Shown piece after piece: positions 21,259 to 33,405 of a stretch of 35,277 bases of DNA. Source of the DNA: Hemiscyllium ocellatum. Its lineage: Eukaryota. The stretch covers positions 5,101,239 through 5,136,515 of the forward strand of contig NW_026867487.1 in NCBI RefSeq assembly GCF_020745735.1, read 5' to 3'. The first letter of the stretch is position 1; each line of letters opens with the position of its first letter. A program made the position numbers and the translations under genes. The notes beneath the pieces were generated by a model that was not told the origin of the DNA, ran no database searches, and saw only the letters and a list, made by a program, of their open reading frames with translations.

Positions 21259-23145
21259 ACACCCTTAAATACGAATTTAGCGTGGCATAAAGAAAAAAGT
21301 CATTTTCAGGATTTAGAGGTAATCATGGGATATTTTAATCCATATTTATACTGTAAATGTCAATCAGCTCAAGGTAGGCCAGATGAAAAGCACATCGATA
21401 TTTTTCAAGATAGTGTCTTAGAACACCTTGTTCTGGAGTCGACTGGAAAGGTTTAAGTAGACATGGCATTGTGTCACGATATAGACTAAATAATAATCTC
21501 ATACTGAAGAAATCATAGGGATTAGTGACCAATCGAGGTTTAATGTTGCATTCAATTTGAGGTAGACAGTGGACTTCGAATTATTTCACCTGTTTCACGG
21601 CAAAATGGAGTTCTCTGACGCGCAATACATGGAAATCATACTATGGAAATTTGCTCAGGGTATTTGCAGGCTTCCATGCTTCACATGATATCAGTGTCAA
21701 AGCTCTGGGAAGTATCAATGCTTACTTTGTTACTTTTCGCAGTTTTGTAAAACATAGAGGTAAAACTAATTCGCAATTCTGAAATTCGTGTTCACAATGA
21801 GCCAAAGCGTGAATTATGGAGCATGTGTAGATGTACAGTGCGTCAGAACAAGGATGCATATTTGTGTTCTAGGTTTATTATAGATTGTCATCAATTTCTT
21901 CTACAATAGTTACTTATTTATAAAATGATGTTGCACCACTTCTTCTCAGCCCAGTAACAAGATTTGAAAGTGACAGCAACAACTAGAACTAGCTTAATTT
22001 AGATAATCATAACCATTTTTTTCATCAGCATTACCGCATCAATGCTGTTGTTACAGACATTAGAGTAGCAATGGGGAAAATAGAGTTTTACATAGAAGAA
22101 ATAACGACTGTGTCACGACTTAATGAGGAGGGAGGATGAGATCATTCTTTTTGATACTTCCTGAGTCCACCAGGCTTTAACACAGGAAACATTAAGTCAG
22201 AGCAGAATTACATATCCCTGCTTCATTTTGCAGCTGATCTAACCAATGACAGGGATGGGCTAGCAGCAATAATCTCCTGATTCACGATTTCAGAACAGAT
22301 TGCTCACAACAAATGAAAATTGTATGTTGAGCAACTGCAGTGTCGCCAAAGCAAAGAAGGTGCACAATAACTCTCGTTTGCAGCCGCATCGATGGAGCAG
22401 ACATAGTGATGCCTAGGTCTCGGGAAGTATGTCTGCATCCTATACCTGTTCACTGTTAACTGATGAAGAATAGCTAAAGGAGGATTGCGGTGTATAAATT
22501 GATTAGAGTGCTAAAATATCAACAGTCTCATTAATCATTCAGATTATTGTGAATGTATGTATTTGAAATGCCTATTCACATCATTTTTCTACTTCACTTT
22601 TTCCAAACCCAATTCACTTAGTAACTGATGACGGGATCCTTTGAGCATTTAACATGGAATCTTTTGCTTTCTCGTATTAGATACGCTGTTTTGTATAGTG
22701 AAAACGTCACACTGTCCTAAATAAAACTTATTTTTCTCTGTAATATTGTTTGTCTAAAATATTGTTACTTTGATTCGGAATAATCAGCTGCAATTGGTCG
22801 ATCAAGAGGGCACAGCTTTGAACACACAGAGACTTACTCTGACGCTCTTTGGGAAAGAAGACAGTCTTATTTTGGTTTCCGGGCTCAGATTGAATCCTTC
22901 ATGTCCGGTGCAATGGTGGTTTACATTTTTTCTGAACAACATGTTCAGATGTGTGATTCAGCATTTTGAAGTAAGTGAGTTTTCCTGGCTTACCCGATTC
23001 AAACGCTACCACCGCATCATTACCGCTGATCTCATGTCCTAATCAATCTCTTCAGTGTTACTATGCGTACCAGAAACTGAACCCGAGACGCCTGACATAA
23101 TTGCGTGCATCCAAAATTCCCAAGACGCATCTGACATTGTTATGT

Positions 23146-23495
23146 CTTTTATTCATGGAATGTGGGCATCGCTGGCCAGGCCAATATTTATTGTCCATCT
23201 CTAATTGCCCATAGTGTGGTTGATAATCAAGCATTTTACTGTGGGACCGGATTCGCATGTAGACCAGACCAGGAAAGAATGGCATTGCCCTCCCGAAAAG
23301 ACATTGATGACTGAGATGGGTTTGTTTGACAACTGGCAATCATGATCACCATGACAGCCCTAATTCAGACTTTCTTTATTGGATTCGATTTCCACATTCT
23401 GCCAAGGTAGGATTCGGAGCTGATTCCCTAGAACATTGCCTACTTCTCTGGCTTAACAGTTGGGCGATAATCCCACGACACCAACGCATTCCTTA
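23146..23495 (-). mobile_element. DeuSINE/SacSINE1-like SINE (paralog of 9353-9714)
   Basis: The reverse complement ends CCAGCGATGCCCACATTCCATGAATAAAA, and the flanks match the left arm. Confidence 0.6.
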
Positions 23496-23833
23496 TTGTC
23501 TAGAGTGGGAAGTGACCATTAGCTTATAGTTAATGATTTAAAATGGACCTAATGACAATCCGACATGGTCATTAAGAGTAATAAACTGTCGGTCTACGCA
23601 GCTGCAAATATCTGGGAAAGCCTGCCTGTCATTTTTGCCTTTTTATGACAATTATAAATCCTGAATACATTCATTGAGTCGTTCCAACGTTATTCAGCTG
23701 AATACAACTCGAAAGCGATTCATGTGCGACTGCAGGGTCAAAACTAAGAGGCATTCTGACCTGAGTGATATTACAATGATTCTGATACCCCTAAAGTGGT
23801 GCGGTCATAATGAGGATGTCTTCCAGCAGTGAC

Positions 23834-23841
23834 TGACGTCA
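23834..23841. promoter_or_regulatory. Perfect CRE palindrome TGACGTCA inside the decayed 34-bp repeat
   Basis: Motif match only. The left-arm counterpart is TGACCTAA. Confidence 0.25.
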
Positions 23842-24546
23842 GAATGGACCTGTCCCCACGCAGTTAGTCAGGTCAAATGAGCTGTTCCTATTAAGCGATT
23901 GAGGTAACAATGGACCTATCCACCCGAAAGACTGAAATGACGGGCTTAGGCGCTCCACTGCTTGTATGAGATGAACATCGTGAGAAGAGATTAAGAGTTC
24001 ATGTTCGCTCTTTTCTTCGCAACTCACTCTCACCCCATTAAACTTTTCTAACAGAATTACATTTCAAAACGTTTTTGATCATACTAGTTTTCTGTTAATT
24101 GAGAGAGCCTGTGTTAGTATATGTTCATGACGACTCAGTTTAGATTAATTCTTCAAAATTTGTCATCGTGTTTGACACTATTACTGAGGTAAATTTGCTA
24201 CATTAAGGACAGCTCGGTAAACTAGACACTCCGCATAATTACTCATGTACAAACTCGCTTGAATGGATATTGGTAACTTATTCATACGTTTTTCTGCTGC
24301 GCCCATAGGTGGCCGACATGCAGATCGAGTAATACAGTCTCTGGTGATCACAGGCGTGGCTGAAGTGTGTCTGTGAAGTTGGATTATGACTATAGAAATC
24401 TGGACACAAGTTGCACGCAGTGGTCTCTGCAGAAACTAGTACACAATCCAACAGCGATTTTCACTAAAGTGGTAACATGAGACCATGAGAAAGTTTCAGG
24501 ACCATATATATATGGTAACTGTTGACATCTATAGTAAGTACAGTTA

Positions 24547-25523
24547 TAGAGTCGAAGAGTCATAGAGATGTACAATATGGAAACAGACCCTTCGTTCCAA
24601 CCTGTCCATGCCGACCAGATATCCCAACCCAATCTAGTCCCACCTGCCAGCACCCGGCGCATATCCATCCAAATCCTTCCTATTCATTTACCCATCCAAA
24701 TGCCTCTTAAATGTTGCAATTGTACCAGCCTCCACGACATCCTCTGGCAGCTCATTCCATACATGTACCACCCTCTGCGTGAAAAGTTGCCCCTTAGGTC
24801 TCTTTTATATCTTTCCCCTCTCACCCTAAACCTATGCCCTCCAGTTCTGCACTCCCTGACAACAGGGAAAAGACTTTATATATTTATCATATCCACGCCA
24901 CTCATAATTCTGTAAATCTCTATAAGGTCACCCCTCAGCCTCCGACGCTCCAGGGAAAACAGCCCCAGACTGTTCAGCCTCTCCCTACAGCTCAGATCCT
25001 CTAACCCTGGCAACATCCTTGTAAATCTTTTCTGAACCCTTTCAAGTTTCACAACATCTTTCTGATAAGAAGGAGACCAGAATTGCACGCAATATTCCAA
25101 CAGTGGCCTAACCAATGTCCTGTACAGCCGCAACATGACCTCCCAACTCCTGTACTCAATACTCTGACTAATAAAGGAAAGCATACCAACCGCCTTCTTC
25201 ACTATCCTATCTTCCAGCAACTCCACTTTCAAGGAGCTATGAACCTGTACTCCAAGGTATCTTTATTTAGCAACATTCCACAGGACCTTACCATAAAGTG
25301 TATAAATCCTGCTAAGATTTGCTTTCCCAAAACGCAGCATCTCGCATTTATGTAAATTAAATTCCATCTGCCACTTCTCAGCCAATTGGCCCATCTGGTC
25401 CAGATCCTGTTGTAATCTGATGTAACCCTCGTCACTGCCCACTACACCTCCAATTTTGGTGTCATCTGCAAACGTATTAACTGTACCTCTTATGCTTACA
25501 TCCAAATCATTTATATAAATGAT
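24547..25523 (-). mobile_element. CR1-type LINE, 5'-truncated, right arm only
   Basis: RT motif NTFADDTKIGGVV (ORF 25263-25505), then WQMEFN..KCE and RPLLEYCVQFWSP...RLRGDLIE. The left-arm site (~6720) is empty and its flanks rejoin. Confidence 0.93.
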
Positions 25524-26339
25524 ATCTCAATATAATCGGTCTGAGTACGAAAGATTAGTATTACTATGCCTTGGGGCACAGAATCAAATAAAAGCTAAAA
25601 GTTTGGATAACATTGGCGAGTATTTGCAGCATTATTCCACTCGTGCCTTAATCTGCTGGTGTACTTAGATCCTGGCTTCATAGAGAAGGATTACTGTTAG
25701 AGGTACTTACAGCAAGATAACTACTGATAATATCTAAAAGACCTGTAGAATATGTTAAGAATTATCTTGAATTCACGAGTTATATGATAAATAGATTGGG
25801 TTTTAACAGGAATCCTGACATGGATACATAGATAATGCATTTCATTAAATAGTGAGCACTTAGAACTGCAAACGATGGACTGCTGTTCCCAGACAATTAC
25901 CTTACATAACCTCAGTAACACCAAGTCTGCACCACTCAGTTCTGTACCAAAACAGAACCTATCAAAGTTGCTGTGTTGAGTTAACAAATTAATAGTCATC
26001 AGTAGGGACACGTAATCCGACGCTATCATGAGGAACGTTTGAGAGAACACCGTTTCTACTTCAGACTTCAAGAGCAATCTTTTCCCAACGTGGCATGAAA
26101 CAAGAATGTGGCCCTTTTTATTTCCTACTATGAATGTTGAATGCATTCCTTCTGGCCTAGAGAAAAGGGCACCATCTCTGAAGCACAACAATACAAAAAT
26201 ATTTTAAAACTTGCTTGATATTAAATCGTAGCCCCGGACAAGGACAGATTTCAGTCATTGGCAGATTTCAGCCTTATGTCTGAGCTTCATTTGATTATAT
26301 TCTCAAGATAGAGGCTGGAAATGACCTGAACACCAGCTT

Positions 26340-26660
26340 AGAACATAGAACACTGAACAGTACAGCACAGTATAGAGGCTTCATCCTCAATATTGTTTTA
26401 TCTTACTTTATCCTACTCTAAGATGAAACTAATCTTCACACCCTTCATTTTGCATTCATCCACGTGGGTATCCAAGAGTCGCTTAAATGTCGCTAATGTA
26501 TCGGAATCTACTACCACTGCTGGCAGTACATTCCACAACTCACTGTGCAAAGAAACGACCTCTGGCATTTTCCCTAAACCTTCCTCTAAACCGCTTGGCG
26601 ATAGCCATTTCTGCCTAGAAAAACGTCTCTGGCTATCCACTCCACCTATGCCTTAAAACT
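26340..26660 (-). mobile_element. CR1 3'-end fragment (paralog of 5550-5900)
   Basis: The minus strand reads HSELWNVLPAVVVDSDTLATFKRLLD, and the AGAACATAGAACA tail is present. Confidence 0.75.
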
Positions 26661-29035
26661 GTGTTTTAAGTTGCAAAGTCACTGTGAATTTATGACACAC
26701 TGCACCAAGGACACAGATGCTATGTGACAATGTCTTATTCCGGACTGCAAGAGAAAATGAGGCAGTTTTTCTTCTGAAATATAGAGATACACATTTCGTC
26801 ACTGAACACTAGTAGTGCTCATTGGGTACTACTAGCTACTGTCGACATTTTCAAAAGAAAGTTACAACGCATCCTTGGACTAAGTGATACTTCAATGCAC
26901 GCTGCCTACATCGAAGGTAGGAATGCTACCAACGTGTGTTAAAAACCCTTACTCTGAGCCTTGCATTATGGGTAACAATCACTGAATCAGGACAATGTAA
27001 ACCCGCTGTACTGCGATCAGTGTCTGTCAAGTAGGTCTATAGCAAGGGGGCAATAAAATACTTTTTTTTATCCACCATGATGTACTCTCAGAATCCTCAA
27101 TTCATTTTCGATTTTACTGATCAATGTAACACGTATTCCGTATCAAATAGGCAATGAAAGCATTTCATGACTTTTCCAGCACCTCAGTGCATTGTATGTT
27201 GCAATACAACAGCGAATCTCAGACACCAACTACTCCAAATTCTCATGCGAAATCCATTTCAAAGACAAACATCACGCCTTCTCGGCATCAAGCGCCCGTT
27301 ATGACAGAACAATCCAAGCATTGCTGTGAGAAGGAAATATAGGTTTCCGCCTTGCATGCATGAGGACAAACACTAAAACTTCCAAATTTCCAGTGCAATA
27401 TCAGATTCAACCGCAGGTTAGCCCCGATTTCAATTTCATTCTATTTCTCACCATCCTTTGTTGGCGTCTTGAATCGTTGAATAAAAAAGCAGTTAGCTGA
27501 TTGGCTGACATGCAGAACAATGGCAACTGCCAATTGAGTTTATTTTGCCTGGTGTCTCCTTCCTGACCAAACTATCAGCTGAGACACGGATATCAGGTGC
27601 ATTTTCCTCTTTGTTTGCGAATAACCATTTCAGGGAGAACCAGTTTGTCTTCAACTCTGTCATCGTGTGTTCGTCAATATGCCGGTGCATGGTTTTTAGT
27701 TTTTTCCAGCTCCGACATCTAACTTATAGACTTTAAACGTTTGTGTCCCCTTTCTCCATGAATGCTGCCTGATGCGCTGTGACTTCCAGCATTTTTCTGT
27801 TTCCATGCCTTTTTACTGATTCACCACCTCTTCGGCCATGCTCTGTGGCAAATTCCAAAATTAGGCAATGTCTTGCATTCTTTGTAATCGGATGACACAA
27901 ATATCAGTATCTCGATTTGAAGTGAAGGAAATTCTTTGAATGCCTTCTGGAACAAAATTGAACACTTTTTAAATTCAATATGCACCAGGATCCTTGAGGT
28001 GAATGAAAGCACGCGTCAGGCGAACATTTAAAGAAAAACGTCCCAGTCAGTGCCTAGCACACTGATTTAAATTCATTAATTTAACGGACACAGGACTGAT
28101 TAAACTACTGATAATCTGCAGATGTCCCTCTTCACTACAGCAGTTGTTTGTGAGGATCCACTTACGTTAGATATCATTGGAAGTTCATTGAACTAATTTG
28201 AATTAATCAGTTATACACAATTCTATTGCAGCAGTCCATAATGTGACAAAAGGTTGCATTTCCCCCAAAATATTTACTGAATAGTGACATTTGGAAACAT
28301 ATATGGCAGAACATTTCAAATTGTAGGATGCAGAATGTCAGAAGATTCAAGTATCTGCTACAAAGCATGGTATACTTTTGGGAGCCTCTTCAGTTTGCCT
28401 TTTGACAACTTTAATTTTGTTTGATGATTATCGATGGATCGCTGAAAAAATCCAATTGTGGCTTTCCAATGTGAATCGATCATTCATTCATTCCACATCT
28501 CATACAACTGTTGAAGAAACAATATTTAACTCATTGCCTGGGAGCAGAACTTAAAATGGAATTTGATAAGCTGGCTGTCTCTGCTTGTTCTGATGACTTC
28601 TCTCAAAGCTGTGAACAGAGGAGTGAGGCATTTCATTTATATTTGCTATTCAGTCTGCAATTCCACTAAATGGAATGGCTCTATTTCTGAACTATAATAT
28701 CGTATAGCAAGTTTTATGCGATTGGAAGTTCACTGGCAAAATCATTTATGGAACAAAAAGGACACTGACTGAGGGATGAGAAGGCAAGACATTGGAATAG
28801 TTTGGTGGTACACAAAATTGGAAACGAAACTCCACTGATAGATTTGTGTAGTTCATTCTTAGCACACTTGCATCTGAAGCTAATATACTGATATTCTTCT
28901 GAAACGAAGCTAACTTTAATTTATTGTGCATTCTTTTTTTCTCACTTTAAGTCGCTTCTCTATGAATCTTTCTCTGGAGCTGAATTGTTCTTTCTGTTTC
29001 TCGGTAGGAAAATGCCTTTTGCTGAGCTCACTATG

Positions 29036-29075
29036 AGTTTTTGTAAGGGCTGTGTCATAACTCTGTATCATTGTG
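29036..29075 (-). other. RSS of V6: CACAATG, 24-bp spacer, ACAAAAACT
   Basis: Heptamer 29069-29075, spacer 29045-29068 (24 nt), nonamer 29036-29044. Confidence 0.85.
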
Positions 29076-29382
29076 GGCTTCAAAGCACAGAAATACATGG
29101 CGCAGTCAGAGATGTTGGCCTCGCTGACTGTTAGCTCGGTATTCTTCGTGGATTTAGTAAATGTGAAAGAGAATCGTTCAGAAAAATTAGGATTCCTCTT
29201 TAAAATCTTTCCTCCAAGTATATAAACCATATACTGTGGAGGCTGCCCTGTGAGCTGACTGTACCAATAAACGTCTGGGCTGGAATCGCTTGTCGTCAAG
29301 CTGCAGGTGAGTGTGACATTGCCTCCTTCCTTAACAGCCATTTCAGGGTCTGCTTGTTCCACCGTGTCTTCCTGACTCCATT
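29076..29382 (-). CDS. TCR alpha/delta-type V exon (V6), apparently functional
   Basis: After TTCTTAG it reads WSQEDTVEQADPEMAVKEGGNVTLTCSLTTSDSSPDVYWYSQLTGQPPQY...ISDCAMYFCALKP. It is open and 307 nt long. Confidence 0.92.
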
Positions 29383-29508
29383 CTAAGAAAAACGAAAAAT
29401 AATATTCAAAATCATGCTCATTACCGTCATTGTTTTCCTAATAATGGCATCTCATTTGGAAACATCTGTGGCAATTGGAAATAGAATGTTACAAGCAAGA
29501 AGCATTAC

Positions 29509-29554
29509 TGATAATGAAGAAAATGACGAGCATTGGTGCAAGAAGATTCCTCAT
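29509..29554 (-). CDS. Leader exon of V6: MRNLLAPMLVIFFII
   Basis: 46 nt with an A|GTAATG donor and a 126-nt intron, in frame with the V exon. The V1 paralog has the same layout. Confidence 0.85.
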
Positions 29555-31255
29555 GGTGCACTCTGGGTTTGTAATTCTGCAGTCTGGAAAACCCTGTGTC
29601 TGAGTTCCTGGCCAAACCCGTTGCTCTCAAAGACAAACAATGACGGCTGCAGCGATCTCAGTGTTATCACAGGGAAGGGACGGCGGAACAAAATGGAAGC
29701 TGAAGGCGGAACTGCAGCAGACTTAGTTCTGAGTGAACGCATTGCTCCCTGCGAGAACAGAAGGCTAGCAACGCAACACAGATGTATCCGGAGCTATTGG
29801 ATGCTGCTAAGTCTGTGGCCATCCTGCACCCGAGCACAGCGTCACTGATGAACGAATAGAGAGAGAGAAGATAAAAGATCAAGGATTGCATAATTACACA
29901 ATACAAATGGAAGCTATTCTTTGTATTGTGTCTGTGGTTTCTCTCTCAAACTTTCATGTAGTTGCCACATTCTGTAGCTGTGTAAATTCAATTCCTTTCC
30001 ACGTGTTTTTGCAACCGTATTCTGAAAATTACCATTGAATCAAAACCCACTTAAGGTGGAAATTGTAGCATATAATAAGGTTAAACGTGTAAAATAAGGC
30101 ATGTTTCTCTTCTTTGTCAATCTTCCCGATCGTGTTTCTTTGATTACTGAACTCCAAACAAGAGAAAACACTTTGGTATGATGGATTCCATCAATCAAGC
30201 TTTTTAGCGCTCAGCTGCTCAGTAAAGTTTTAGTTAACCTTAATATGACGTCTTACCTTAATTTGTCTAAAATTCACGTGATTCACATGTCTCTCGTTTC
30301 ATCAAATCAGTAAATCGCAGTCTCACAAATAATCTCTGGCTGAACTCCAAGCGCAGCTCCACATTCGTTGCCTCCACTCCCCATTTTCTCCATCGTTCTG
30401 AATCATCTGTTTTTCTAAAGTTGTCCATCTCCTGTCTGCATACTACAAATCAAATCAATGAGACGATCCGGGGTTTTGCACGGTCCAGGGATCGGAACTA
30501 TCCTGACAAGTTTGAAGATTGAATAATACCTTCCAGGTGCTGTAGTCGTGGGGCATTTGCTATTTTACCACCATTGCATTGCTTTAATTACTGTTCAGGA
30601 ATGGTAGATATATTCTTCTTGTATATTTTTTCAAAAAGTAAGCGTGAATTCTTGACTTAAAAGCAGCAAAGTCAGAGAAAAAGCTGCTCTTACAAAATCA
30701 GTCAAGGTTTGACATCAGAGGTGAAAACACCACACTGGGCTGGAAGGCAGCCAGCCAGAGGAATCAAGGTAACGGGCAGCAACCCTTGGAGCAGAAGAGG
30801 CTCAGTGGTCATGATTAGCATGTGAAAATTAGGAGAGATGCAGATCGTAAGGAAAGGAACAAACGTAGGTAGAATGGACAGGAATAAATGTTTCCTGTTG
30901 ATGGACACCTCGATGATCACTGCAGACAAGTTTATCGTAAGATGCAATAGATTCAGCAAAAATGTTTTTATTCAGCCAACGTGTGTCCAGAATCTAGCAG
31001 ACAATCATTGAGAGTGGTAGAGGAAAAAACTGTGTTAGCATTTGATAATTCTTTCTACAAGTACTTGTGATACTAGGCAACCCAAGGGAATTGGCCAGTT
31101 GTTCGAAGATAAGATTAGGATAGTTAATTTCTTGTTATTTACAAACGCAGTTTTGTTGCTGCAAAGAACAGTTTCATGTGCCGTAAAATTCTTTCCCTGT
31201 ATGACTCAATGTCTCGTGTGCAAACTTGAATATCTGCTTGTGCATTCCTGTGTGG

Positions 31256-31262
<7 letters not shown>

Positions 31263-31302
<40 letters not shown>
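31263..31302. repeat. (TG)20 microsatellite with imperfect flanks
   Basis: Read directly from the sequence. Confidence 0.97.
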
Positions 31303-31306
<4 letters not shown>

Positions 31307-31559
31307 TGTCGGTCTGTCTGTCTCTCTGTTTCAGTATCTGATTAGGTACAAGCTCAAAAGATTGGAAATGATCTCAAGAGCGTGGGTTGATAGTTATTAA
31401 GTTTTTTTTACAAGACATTGACAGCAGCAATAGGAGATATAATGTCTGGAGGGATAATTATGATTAGTAAAGTCACAGTTCCTTTCCGAATTTCATCAAA
31501 AGTTTTGTGCGGTGCAGTGCTTCCCTCTGCTGGTGTATATACAAGTTGAAGCTGAAATA

Positions 31560-32035
31560 TTGTTCATACCGTTTTTCACCTCCACATTTTCCATGCTCTC
31601 CTTCTTTTTCAAGTTATGACGTTTCCTTTGGCAACATAGAAACTTTCACTCTCTCATTTAGATAGACCGTGCCAGATAATTAAAAATGTCGTACTTTCCT
31701 AAATAAAACTTATTTTCCATTGAAATAATCCTTGTCTAAAATAATATTACTTTGGTTGGAAAAAACCAGGTGCAATCTGTCGATGAAAACAGCACTATTT
31801 TTGAACAGATAGAAACTTTCTTGGATTCCCTTTGGTCAAGTAGATGACCTCATTTTCCTTTCTCTGTTCAAATTGAAGGTCTTAAAGTCAGGTGAAATGC
31901 TGGTTTACACATTTTCTAATCAACATGTTCAGATGAGTTAACTTAGTATCTTTGAAGTAGATGAGATTTCCTGGCTTAGAGATCCAGACACTACCACTGC
32001 ACCATTAGAGCTGTTATCATCTTCTAATCACACTT
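31560..32035. repeat. Third copy of the 9830-10260 / 22560-23030 module, outside the inverted arms
   Basis: Same orientation as the right-arm copy, with shared strings throughout. Confidence 0.75.
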
Positions 32036-32729
32036 GCTTTGGATATCATGGATTCTTAAGTTTTGTACCAACGTTTCATGCTGGTACCTCAATACATTTC
32101 AGCAGCCTTTCAAAGAATCCTGCATTTCCAAATGTGGATTAATGCTGCCCCTCAGAAGTTACCACAGTTGTCGGATGAACTGGCCTGTAATTTTCTGCCT
32201 ATCCTGGCTTCCTGGTTTCAGTTCTGATTCACATCAGCGGGGATTTTAACACTGATGGCTAATCACTTCCATTTACGAGTGCCTGTTTAGACCATACTCG
32301 ACCAATTGCCTTCCTGAGGTGAAGCAATATGACTCTCAGTTCATTTCAGTATTTCTGCAAGTTTGAAGAAAGGATGCAAAAAGATCTGGAGCCGAATGGA
32401 TAGAACAGAACGCACCTGAGCATCATCTTAAAGACCAGCAGAACCTATACGAGGTTTAGGTGTTACGAGAAGTGACAAGAAATGGAACTGTTAAATCGCA
32501 GGACGTCCATTATCTTGCTCTTCCCCGTCTCATGAAGCTTCCTCCTGTGAATTGATCTACGTCAGACGTTTCCTGCTCCTCGGATTTCAGGTAAATGATA
32601 CCTCACTGACTTAATTTCAGTGAGACGCGGTACATCCTTTAAGAAATGATGAATCTTCTCCAGTTGCTCAGTTTCTGAATAAACGCCCTTATTTACATGG
32701 TATCTCACAAGTTTGGTGAGGAACCGAAG

Positions 32730-32945
32730 AAGGAGGAAGTCAGGACTGCAGATGCTGGAGATGAGATACAAAAGTGTGGTGCTTGAAAAAAAAACTCATC
32801 GGGTCAGGCAGCATCCAAGGAACAGGGGAATCGTAATTTCAGGCATAAGCCTCGATCTGAATGAAGGCCTTATGCCCGAAACCTCGATTGTCCTGCTTCT
32901 TGAATGCTGCCTGACATGCAGTGCCTTTCCAGAACAACAGTTTTA
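32730..32945. mobile_element. Second hairpin mini-element of the 4026-4249 family, opposite orientation
   Basis: Begins AAGGAGGAAGTCAGGACTGCAGATGCTGGAG, has inverted halves, and carries CTGAATGAAGGCCTTATGCCCGAAAC from 32857. Confidence 0.75.
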
Positions 32946-33405
32946 ATGCAAGTTGGGGTTTAGTAACTCATCCAGGAATGCAGCGCCTCTTACATTCCAG
33001 TGTTCTTTTAATATGGACCATGGAAAATCATGCAGCTTGAGACTTAGGATTCGAAATCCAACCTTTTAGATTTAGGTTTGAAGGACGTTCATATTTACTC
33101 TGAAGTCCTAATGGAGTATCATCATCAGAATATTACGTTTTGTTTGTCATTCACGGATTAAATTCAGAATAAGGAGTAATTTAATCCATGAATGACAAAC
33201 AAAACGTAATATTCTGATGATGATACTCCATTAGAACTTGAGAGTAAATATGAACCTCCTTCAAACCTAAATCTAAAAGATTGAATTTCGAATCCTAAGT
33301 CTCAAGCTGCATGATTTTCCATGGTCCATATTAAAAGAACACTGGAATGTAAGAGGCGCTGCATTCCTGGATGAGTTACTAAACCCCAACTTGCATTAAA
33401 ACTGT
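32937..33405. repeat. Near-perfect 469-bp palindrome (228-bp arms, 13-nt loop, 6 mismatches, no indels)
   Basis: Base-by-base comparison of 32937-33164 with the reverse complement of 33178-33405. Confidence 0.97.

Larger units (their letters stand above)
15530..30250 (-). repeat. Right arm of the large inverted segmental duplication
   Basis: Reverse complement of ~1780-14190, with extra segments at 15828-16282, ~17555-20210 and 24547-25523. Confidence 0.9.

Noticed and set aside
24522-25355. Plus-strand ORFs of 62-115 aa
   Set aside because: Antisense shadows of the CR1 element. The same applies to 807-1082 and to the minus-strand ORFs over the PLE.
25721-26191. 156-aa minus-strand ORF
   Set aside because: The ORF track shows no matching ORF in the left-arm paralog (~6050-6520), and it has no domain motifs.
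30290-30450. Minus-strand ETAIY* string resembling framework 3
   Set aside because: No supporting upstream framework or RSS.
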